Below, piece by piece: positions 56,901 through 64,000 of a stretch of 64,000 nt of DNA; the stretch's first letter is position 1; each line of letters opens with the position of its first letter. The notes below the pieces were generated by a model that was given only the letters and a program-made list of their open reading frames with translations, did not search any database and had not been told where the DNA came from. This DNA comes from Williopsis jadinii. Its lineage: Eukaryota. The position numbers and the translations under genes were made by a program. The stretch lies in assembly GCA_024346625.1 (NCBI GenBank), contig AP024667.1, positions 1,240,001 to 1,304,000 on the forward strand. Direction: 5' to 3'.

Positions 56901-59430
56901 TAACATTTTTTGAATGCTGATCTGTGTTCAACATAATTACAGAGTAAGCCAAAACATAGGCGGTATCGGCATTTGCAAACACACCTGGGTTTCCTTCAAC
57001 GTACCGTTCTGCAAATTTCAACATGTAACGATCAATCTTTTGTGCTTCACCTGGAAGTCTAAAAGCTTGGAGGAAACGTCTCATGGCATCCACAAACTTC
57101 AAATTGGTGAAATCCATCAATTCAACAAATGCATGCATGATGGCGATGTGTTCGTCGTCACCTTCACCCAAGTATTCACCAATAACCGACTTGTCCAATC
57201 CATGCTGGTTCAGCAAAAATTTAGCAATGACTTGGGGTTCTTTACTCTCAATAAAACCTTGCTTAATCAAATAATCGATACCTTTCTTTGCCTTGAAGTT
57301 AAACAATCTAATACCTTCTTGAAGAGCTGTTTTACGTTGCTTCAAATTCTCAAATTCCTGAGGGTCATCGATTTCATCAGTGGACAGAGTCAACTGTGGT
57401 AATGATCCAGAACCACCAGTGCTTGATCTTTTTCTGAAGTTAGATGCTGATGACGATCTCATATCTGGGGCCAGACCCTTTTGTGCCCAAGAGTTCAATG
57501 ATCTTAGAATACCCACAATACAATCCATCGAGGTAACCTTCAAAGCATACTCAACAGGGTAGGGTAGTGCGCTATCAGGGATGGCAATCTGGGTTGAAAG
57601 TTTGGAGATGGACAACATTGGCAATTGGGACAAGTTATACGTAGCGATTGGCTTTGTTGCATGCTCTTTGTACTCCGCCTTTTGCTTAGGTGTGACTTCA
57701 ACACGGGTTAATGCAAGCTTGATAAGATAGTCAACCAATCTTTCACAGATATTTGGCAGCGATGAGTCGCAATCATAGTTCAAATAGAATTCAATGAGAG
57801 CTCTTGGGTCGTTACATAATCTTTGGACAACGACTAAGAAGTATCTCTTTTGATGAGATGTTGCAGTTTTTAGTTCCGCGATAGGAAAGTAAATTTCTGA
57901 TAAAAACACAGGAATTTCACGTTTGAACTGATACCTCAAATTGGACATGATCAACCAAAAGATCTCCAAAGTAGTTTCAAAAACAGGAGAAATTGCCGAA
58001 GCTGCATTTCTAGAGATTGAAAGGCACAAGTATTGTCTAATAGCGTCGACGAATATAGTATCCTCCTTTGATGAAGGCGAGCGAATAACAACAGTAGTTG
58101 ATAAAAAGACATCAATGTGTTCCTTAATGATGGAATGAATAATGTGCAAAGAAATCAATTTTGAACGAACTGCATGTGATCTCATATCCAATGAATCATT
58201 TTCCAAATTCTTTACAGAGAGTTTACACATAGCTCTAAAGATCAAGAATGCATCTTTAACAGCGAGCTCACTTTCGTCACCAATATCATTTGACTGATCC
58301 ACTAAACGTTCATCTTCATCGTTCAAACTCTTTAAAGTTTCCAAATTCAAAGGTTCATCCTGTGTTGGTTCATTTGTAGATTGATCAACGTCTAAGGTGG
58401 ATGGGCTCTTTGGTAGGGTCTTTGAGGTGAACTTTTCAACTTTTTCATAGACAAAATTCACAATCTGGGTTAGGGAAGCTTGTGCAACCCCTTGGTTCAT
58501 CGGTGATAAAGACAAGATAAAGATGTTATAGATCTGTCTCACTGCTTTAAGCAAGGTAGAGCCATGCGCCGGAAGGCTTTCGTTCAACACCGCTGCAACC
58601 AAAGCTCTAATCACTTGGATTTCAATCTGTTCACTGGAGCCTTCACCTTGGAAGGCAGCTGCAATCGTGTCCACAGCGGCATCAACGAGGTTAACCCTTG
58701 GAGGAGGTGTGATGTTTGACTGTTGTGGGATATCTGAATTATCAACCAACGCAGTGATACTCTTTGAAGGTGGCACCTGGATCTGTTCAAAGAGTTGGAA
58801 GGTGAAAACTTTTGAAAGACAATCCAACGCAATAACGACAATGTCCTGGTGCTTAGTTTCGATTGCAGTACGCAACGTCTCGAAAACAAGCGTGGAATCG
58901 AATCCGGATTGCAACTTCTCCAATGTCTTCTTGGAAGAGTTCAGCAGAATTGTGTTTTTCTTACTATCCTTGTGATCTGCAATGAGAGTGATTGCGCTCT
59001 TGACAAACGCCAAGTGTGAAGCATTACGGGACCCAACCGAAGATAAAGAGGCATTTGAAGTTGTTCTTAAGTGTTGGCGCTCCGGCGAAACCACAATCTT
59101 TGGCAGAGGCGTTGGCAGGTCGCTGTTCTGCTCAGCGTCCGCAACGTCCTCCTGGTCGTCTTCTTGAACATCCGCCTCTTGAACATCCTCCCCACCAGGG
59201 GCATTCCCAGCTTCAACAACCGGCGGCTCCTCACCGCCACCGTCACCTTCAGCGACAGACACACCATCAGCACCACCAGCCGCCGCCTCTCCATCGCCAG
59301 CAGACCCATTCAACCTTGGCGACCTCTGTCCTCCGCTGAGCTCCTTCCCACCAACAGAGGAGTCTGCCGACGTCGGGCTGGTCTCGTTGGCATTGGGCGT
59401 CCCGTTCTCCTGTAAACTCTCCTGAGACAT
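53983..59430 (-). CDS. SEC7: Arf GEF Sec7
   Basis: DCB/HUS region (FYLNYDCD), Sec7 domain FRLPGEAQKIDRYMLKFAERY and YSVIMLNTDQHS, HDS domains. First ATG at 59430. Confidence 0.97.
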   Translation of the reverse strand: MSQESLQENGTPNANETSPTSADSSVGGKELSGGQRSPRLNGSAGDGEAAAGGADGVSVAEGDGGGEEPPVVEAGNAPGGEDVQEADVQEDDQEDVADAEQNSDLPTPLPKIVVSPERQHLRTTSNASLSSVGSRNASHLAFVKSAITLIADHKDSKKNTILLNSSKKTLEKLQSGFDSTLVFETLRTAIETKHQDIVVIALDCLSKVFTFQLFEQIQVPPSKSITALVDNSDIPQQSNITPPPRVNLVDAAVDTIAAAFQGEGSSEQIEIQVIRALVAAVLNESLPAHGSTLLKAVRQIYNIFILSLSPMNQGVAQASLTQIVNFVYEKVEKFTSKTLPKSPSTLDVDQSTNEPTQDEPLNLETLKSLNDEDERLVDQSNDIGDESELAVKDAFLIFRAMCKLSVKNLENDSLDMRSHAVRSKLISLHIIHSIIKEHIDVFLSTTVVIRSPSSKEDTIFVDAIRQYLCLSISRNAASAISPVFETTLEIFWLIMSNLRYQFKREIPVFLSEIYFPIAELKTATSHQKRYFLVVVQRLCNDPRALIEFYLNYDCDSSLPNICERLVDYLIKLALTRVEVTPKQKAEYKEHATKPIATYNLSQLPMLSISKLSTQIAIPDSALPYPVEYALKVTSMDCIVGILRSLNSWAQKGLAPDMRSSSASNFRKRSSTGGSGSLPQLTLSTDEIDDPQEFENLKQRKTALQEGIRLFNFKAKKGIDYLIKQGFIESKEPQVIAKFLLNQHGLDKSVIGEYLGEGDDEHIAIMHAFVELMDFTNLKFVDAMRRFLQAFRLPGEAQKIDRYMLKFAERYVEGNPGVFANADTAYVLAYSVIMLNTDQHSKNVKNRMTVEDFLKNNSGIDNEQNLPDEFLTDIFNEIAKNEIKLQSEQHAALLSGELAPAQPQGFALFSGRDVNREAYIQASKEISNKTEKLFKTLGRSGKTVFYSASHIEHVKSIFDTLWMSFLAVLTSLLKSEDDEDAVASCLEGLKLAISISSIFDLEDARTSFIGALVQFTNLTNVKEMQNKNVEVILLLLKCGEQFGNHMKGSWRDILTTVSQTERLQLIAKGIQADVVPDVANARVHRTSLESVRSHNTGYFFGLGKKATPIEQAQIDHYDQRLDPEIGLRLASSEISIAIDKIFTQSSTLNGTAIVDFIKALTEVAFEEIESSSDSTTPRTFSLQKVIDVCHYNMGRIRVEYTSIWNVISEFFKKIIDKDHNLSVIFFALDSLRQLSMRFMDIEELAGFKFQEDFLKPFNYILQHANDLEVTDMILNCLSNLIQLKGSKIKSGWKTIFTALDYTANDTNENSVRKTYEIVDSVYRDHAETVLLQEETFGELVGVLATIAKNSKFQKVGLQSLNRTKKIIIRVAELTLDSQPDDPILKHHKDLFKDLWYPGLSSLNDVIMTSEDLEIRSRALNYMFDILVQFGNRFSPEFWDKICVELLFPIFGVLSKHWEINQFNSHDDMSVWLSTTLIQALRNMVALFTHYFDTLSRMLDGYLGLLISCICQENDTIARIGRSCFQQLITQNMDKFTQDHWDKVTDAFEKLFELTTVNELFDADPLRAESSIAESPSSVALNESESVDVGSTLSNGQSNGNVLKAKGSGELRSKSRTKNSIVIKCILQLLMIETVSELFEDEQFYDLVPYNNLMRLTSLLERSFRFSRKFNDDYNLRVRLWKSGVIDRLPNLLKQESSSAAVYIGVTFKVYSDAGKISQKQKDGISASLIPMCVSIIERYTQLDDNKQQRNVATWRPVVVEILQGYCELEEKDFIRNCPHVYDLMLNILDKSVPTELRTALKAFFGRVGDVYINEER

Positions 59431-59785
59431 TGCAAGACGAAACGACAATTCAAGCACTCAAACAATGAACAAAGATTCTCCCTCCACAGTTAACCGCCGT
59501 GTGGTGTGTTTACTTTGTTTACTTTTTGTTTGTTGTTTTTAAAAGGGGAAAAACACAAAACGAAAAGATCAACAAACTTGGGGTTTTTTCTTCACGAACC
59601 GTTCAGCTTTCGCTGGTTTTTTATCGGAGCGAGAACCCTTTGCTGAATTCCGACCTCTCAGCGAGACCCGGTTTTACGGGAAAAGGGCTGTGTTTCAATG
59701 TTTACGGGCTTGATGCCACTGCTTTTACCGGTGTGGGACTACAGTTGTCATGGAGATACTAAGGCATTGTGTTGTTATTGACGTT

Positions 59786-61342
59786 CTAAACCGAAACCTC
59801 CTTCGTTGTTTGCTTGAGGCTGTTCTTCAAGTCCGTGGAGGAGTCGTTGTCGGAGACGCTGTCGCTGTTGGTGTCCAGCGCGTTGAGAGCGGCGTCCATC
59901 TCATCTTCAATGGATGGCTTGCCTTGTAACTTTCTCTCACGCTCTTCCAGATAGCACGCGAGTATATAGACGATACCGAATACCCAGGCCATTGCTAAGC
60001 ACACTGGGTATCCCACTGACCACGTTGGAGCTGCTCTTTTGCCGTAACTTGCGGCTGTTGGGTACAGTCCCAGTGGCGCCCATGTATAGACGAAGTAGGA
60101 GAGCGTCATGATGGAGCCCATGACGATGGCCTTGTGCTCAGGGTCGTCCCTCAGCACTCTGTTGACCGCATTATAGATCAGAGGAGACGGCAGCGCAAAG
60201 ATCCCTGTTTGCCAGAAGGCGTAGAGAACGGTGGCTTGCGAGACGTTGTATTTGATCATGATGCCCGCAAAGATTGTCTGCACAACAACAGCAACCACGG
60301 CGAATTTCCAGGGAGCATAGACAGAGAACAGTGCGCTTGAGACGTATATGGTGACGACTGATATGGCACTGCTGACGGTTGGGTATCTGTTGATTTGAAG
60401 AACAGAGAAGTTTCCCTCTGCTTTCATCCAAAGTGATAGGTATATCGTTGGATACAACGACAATAGCGCTGCAGTGAAGGCAATGACGTAGAGGTACACT
60501 TTCCAATCAGTGTATGCTCTTTTGAATGCCTTCAAGGTCAGCTTGCTTGCCTTTTCAATCCCGTTTCTTTCGTTTCTCTCCAAGACGAGGTCGTACTCGT
60601 CCTGTGATAAGAACCATGGCTTGCCGACTTCTGGGTTACCAGGCCAAAAGAAGAACCCGATAACACCAACGACAATCGTGATGGAGGCGTCGATGATGAA
60701 GAGCCATTTCCAGCCAGATCTTCCATGGACTCCGTTGAGATTGGAGTAGGCAGCAGCTTGTAGGTAACCACTGAACATGGTACCTAGGGATGAAGAGAGG
60801 AAGAACACACCGGAACGCATGTACAACTCAACAGGCGCACCTTTATAGGATTTGGTGCCGTAGTACTTACCAAGGGTATAATGGAATCCAGTGAAGAATG
60901 GAGCTTCGAAGACACCAACAAAGAATCTAATACAGTACAGTTGGCCAACGGTTTTGACCTCTGATTGACAGAACGTTAAGACTGCAAAGACAATCTCACA
61001 AGCTGGCAAGAAGAACCTGGTGTATTTAGAACTTGAAGTGGACAGTAGCAGCAAAGGCAGTTGAGCAGCGGTGTAGCCAGACAGATAGGTGATATTCAGC
61101 CAATTGAGCTCATTGCCGTATAGCTCCAAGTCTTCTTTCATACCAGAGACGTAAGCATTGTTGATGTTGATCTGATCAAGGTACTTACAAAAGAACGAGA
61201 CACAGACATAGATCAAGAGCGTAACATCCAGCTTGAAGAGCAAGCGTTTCTCCTTTGACTCATATACACTTGGATACCAGTTGAACAACTGATAGAAGGC
61301 CTTTACAATCTTCTGAAAGTGCGTGAGCTTCTTGGTTGTCAT
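59786..61342 (-). CDS. MFS anion:cation symporter family permease (Fen2/Seo1/Liz1-like vitamin/carboxylate transporter)
   Basis: LLFKLD...KYLDQININNAYVSGMKEDLELYGNE, RFFVGVFEA, GRSGWKWLFII and about 12 TM segments. First ATG at 61342. Confidence 0.85.
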   Translation of the reverse strand: MTTKKLTHFQKIVKAFYQLFNWYPSVYESKEKRLLFKLDVTLLIYVCVSFFCKYLDQININNAYVSGMKEDLELYGNELNWLNITYLSGYTAAQLPLLLLSTSSSKYTRFFLPACEIVFAVLTFCQSEVKTVGQLYCIRFFVGVFEAPFFTGFHYTLGKYYGTKSYKGAPVELYMRSGVFFLSSSLGTMFSGYLQAAAYSNLNGVHGRSGWKWLFIIDASITIVVGVIGFFFWPGNPEVGKPWFLSQDEYDLVLERNERNGIEKASKLTLKAFKRAYTDWKVYLYVIAFTAALLSLYPTIYLSLWMKAEGNFSVLQINRYPTVSSAISVVTIYVSSALFSVYAPWKFAVVAVVVQTIFAGIMIKYNVSQATVLYAFWQTGIFALPSPLIYNAVNRVLRDDPEHKAIVMGSIMTLSYFVYTWAPLGLYPTAASYGKRAAPTWSVGYPVCLAMAWVFGIVYILACYLEERERKLQGKPSIEDEMDAALNALDTNSDSVSDNDSSTDLKNSLKQTTKEVSV

Positions 61343-61813
61343 TTTCGATGTAGGACTAAGCACCAAAGCACTTGTCTTATGATTCTACACGGAGCATGAG
61401 CATCCTTTTATACCTGGAGCTGCTACTACAGAACAAAGCCTACAATCTATTACTAATTGGAGTGTAAGGTATAGCTAGAAGATGAAGTTTAGGTGTGAGT
61501 AATGCAACCAAAAAAAAGTATTCATCAAATGTGCGTTTAATGTTGATGTCGGAAGCCACATCTGTGAATCAAGACGCACGACGCCTTCACAATTTCCGCC
61601 AGTTGACGGTGAGATGAAGCCACTTCTTCCGCTTGATTCCCCCAAGAAGAAGGATGACTGTTGGTCTTGATCAACTGTGTAGATAATGGCACGAGTTGTG
61701 GCTATGGCTGAGATCCACAGGAATCCGAAGTTAGACGTTGAATTACCAAAGCTTGCGTTGAGGGCTTGAGACATATATAATATTGCAAAACAAGATCTAA
61801 ATTAGCATGTAGT

Positions 61814-62734
61814 CTATAGCTTGAACTCTTCAGATATATGCTTAAAAACATGTTGAGGGATGATTTGATCGAATGCCCTATCACGCTCATTTACAATCAT
61901 TCCTGATTCCCATGACGATCTCTTCCTTTGTAGCATCTGTCCGCCAAACTCAGTTAGCCCATAGATCAAATTCTCATTGCCAATGTAGTTCTTTGTGAGT
62001 TCATTGATGCTTACATTTGCCAAGTCGTAGAGGATCTGTGCGGTCAACCCCCACAGGTCTTTGATGCTTCTCTCAGTTTGCTCATGCTCAATCTCCTCAT
62101 CGCTGCTCAAGTCTTGGATATTATCCAGCCAGTGAATTTCATTTGGGTTCTCACTTGGATAGAAGTAGTGCTTAATTGGCCATCTCAGGTTCCCCCACTT
62201 GAAATGGTTTGTAGTCTTTCTAATGTATTCATGTTGAGCATTTAGACCAATCAGGTCCAGTAGAGGAACCGAAAAGATGCTCGACGTTTCACCGGGGTTC
62301 AGGATGAACTGGATGTCCGATATGGTCTCCTGAGGATGGTTGGTCTTGTGTAAGAAACAAACCACAGGCCGGACGCTGAGGAAAGTTCTCGATAGATAGC
62401 ATGGCATCTCGTTCAGTTTCTCCAGAACAAACCCTCTCTTGTTCAGCTCCTCGTCGAACGGCAGCCCGATTTCCTCCATGGTTTCTCTCCTTGCAACGTC
62501 GTACCCACTCTCTTCAACATGGTCTGACTTGCCACCAGGTAACGAGACGTGTCCGGAGAAGTTATTCAGCTGCCTCGACCTCCTGGTCAACAGAACACGA
62601 ACCTCTCCGTAGTTGCCAATGAAGAGCACAATCATCACCGCAGAGCGGCGTAAAGGAGGCCATATGGAATTCAGTGGATACACACGAGGACACACGTAGT
62701 TCCTAATGTTCGAGAGCAGCGCGTGGGAGTTCAT
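61814..62734 (-). CDS. PCD1: Peroxisomal Nudix CoA diphosphatase
   Basis: CoA-Nudix motif LLTRRSRQLNNFSGHVSLPGG, Nudix box GGKSD...ARRETMEEIG and LWGLTA. First ATG at 62734. Confidence 0.88.
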   Translation of the reverse strand: MNSHALLSNIRNYVCPRVYPLNSIWPPLRRSAVMIVLFIGNYGEVRVLLTRRSRQLNNFSGHVSLPGGKSDHVEESGYDVARRETMEEIGLPFDEELNKRGFVLEKLNEMPCYLSRTFLSVRPVVCFLHKTNHPQETISDIQFILNPGETSSIFSVPLLDLIGLNAQHEYIRKTTNHFKWGNLRWPIKHYFYPSENPNEIHWLDNIQDLSSDEEIEHEQTERSIKDLWGLTAQILYDLANVSINELTKNYIGNENLIYGLTEFGGQMLQRKRSSWESGMIVNERDRAFDQIIPQHVFKHISEEFKL

Positions 62735-63740
62735 CTCAGCGCCGAATGCTAAGCCAAGGGTTCGTTGCGAGTGCTGAAGTGAAGGATGAGTCTCAGGAAA
62801 GTGGATGACTAACGTTGATCGAACAAAAACGGGACTCAAGGACAAAAAAGGAAGTCCAATGTTCTGTGGGACTACTACAAGGGCTACAAGGGTCTAGCAA
62901 TACAGTGCTGAAGATATTGCAATGATGGCTCCGTAAAGCCTCACCAGATGCGGTGTTGAGGACTCTACTCAGTGGCTACGACCGTGTAGACAGAACCTTA
63001 TGTCTAAACCTCATTAGGATGTAGATATAGATATAGCTCTAGATAGAGATATATATCTTTAACTATGGAGAGAAGGGACTAGTCTCCTGGCCCTGGAACC
63101 GCGTTTCACCCGGCACGCGCGCGCTGCCCCGGACTGGTTGAAGCACAATTGTGCGTGTCAGGGAGATGACCGTGCCTCCTCAGCAGGACACCGGGTACTG
63201 CTCCCTGTACCAGCGTACAGTGCTTCACGTAGCCAGCACACGACAATAAGCACGGTTGTTCTACTGCACAGAGCAACGGTCTCACAAGAACGCGTAGTTT
63301 CACGAGATGGGCGTGAACACCGGTTCCAAGTCCCGGAGTCCCCAGCCTCCATCGCACAAATGAGGTTGTTGCATATAGTGGTTGGGGCAACTCCCTGATA
63401 AGAGAACGTTCGCTACACCACACAACTGACCAGCCAATTGGCACAAGTCACACCAGTGCCATAGCGTTGCAAAGCCCAGAGCACCCTTGGACGTGGCATG
63501 TGAGCCCACCACAAGTGCTTGTGTCCTCAGTGCAGCGTACAGGCCTGTGGGAGAAGCCCACTGGAGAAGTCCACTGGCAAAACACCAAGCTCTCTAATTG
63601 TCCTAGTCCCTCCCTAGTCCCCATTCCTAGTCCCGTCCCCGCGGCTCGAGGGACTAGCAAAACCAGCGCAAAACGGGAGATAAGCGGGATTGTGTCTTGA
63701 AATTATAATCCCCTTTGTTCTCGGGGCGATTTTAGAACGT

Positions 63741-63770
63741 CAACAACAACAACAACAACAACAACAGCAA
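63741..63770 (+). repeat. (CAA)n microsatellite
   Basis: caacaacaacaacaacaacaacaacagcaa. Confidence 0.85.
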
Positions 63771-63850
63771 CGGATAACAGGGACTTTCCCATTGTGAAAC
63801 TCACCAATACACGAGCCATTCGCCACAGAGAGCAGGTCCTCCATAAGCAA

Positions 63851-64000
63851 ATGTCACAGCTATCGCCAAAGACTTCGCCTGATTCGCTAGGCCCAACGTC
63901 CCCGTTCTCGACCTCGACCGAGAACGTGTCATCCTCCTCCGTGTCCCGCCAGGGCTCGACGACGACGTCTCCAGCCCTCATCACACAGGCCACGTATAAG
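63851..64000 (+). CDS. Probable start of a Ser/Pro/Thr-rich protein, truncated by the window edge
   Basis: ATG in A-rich context (gcaaATG); frame MSQLSPKTSPDSLGPTSPFST... is open to the end. Confidence 0.45.
   Translation, partial: MSQLSPKTSPDSLGPTSPFSTSTENVSSSSVSRQGSTTTSPALITQATYK

Noticed and set aside
1..64000. tRNA, rRNA or LTR retrotransposon genes
   Set aside because: I recognised no cloverleaf with A/B boxes, rRNA sequence, TG..CA LTR pair or RT/integrase motif; tRNAscan-SE and RepeatMasker would be needed to exclude them.

Overview
This is a eukaryotic budding-yeast (Saccharomycotina) window. CUG reads as Leu in a conserved kinase motif and a complex I subunit is present, so a Cyberlindnera/Wickerhamomyces-like yeast is plausible (inference). 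Conserved housekeeping blocks (RKR1, MHR1, SUR2, IPI1, TRM44, NOP4 | MON1, BIT61 | MRPL10, KIN4-like, NDUFA1, STM1, SEC7, an MFS permease, PCD1) flank two accessory zones. Zone 1 (12.6-30.1 kb) has one MNN1-type and four tandem MNN2-type mannosyltransferase genes that are patchworks of shared tracts, with a decayed hAT transposase inside the array. Zone 2 (34.8-46.5 kb) has a decayed Helitron Rep/Hel-like reading frame not evident from the ORF track, about 7 kb without intact genes, and a large repeat-built GPI adhesin. IPI1 and STM1 are spliced, and the STM1 intron appears to host a box H/ACA snoRNA. All family assignments come from motif recognition by eye; no database searches were run.
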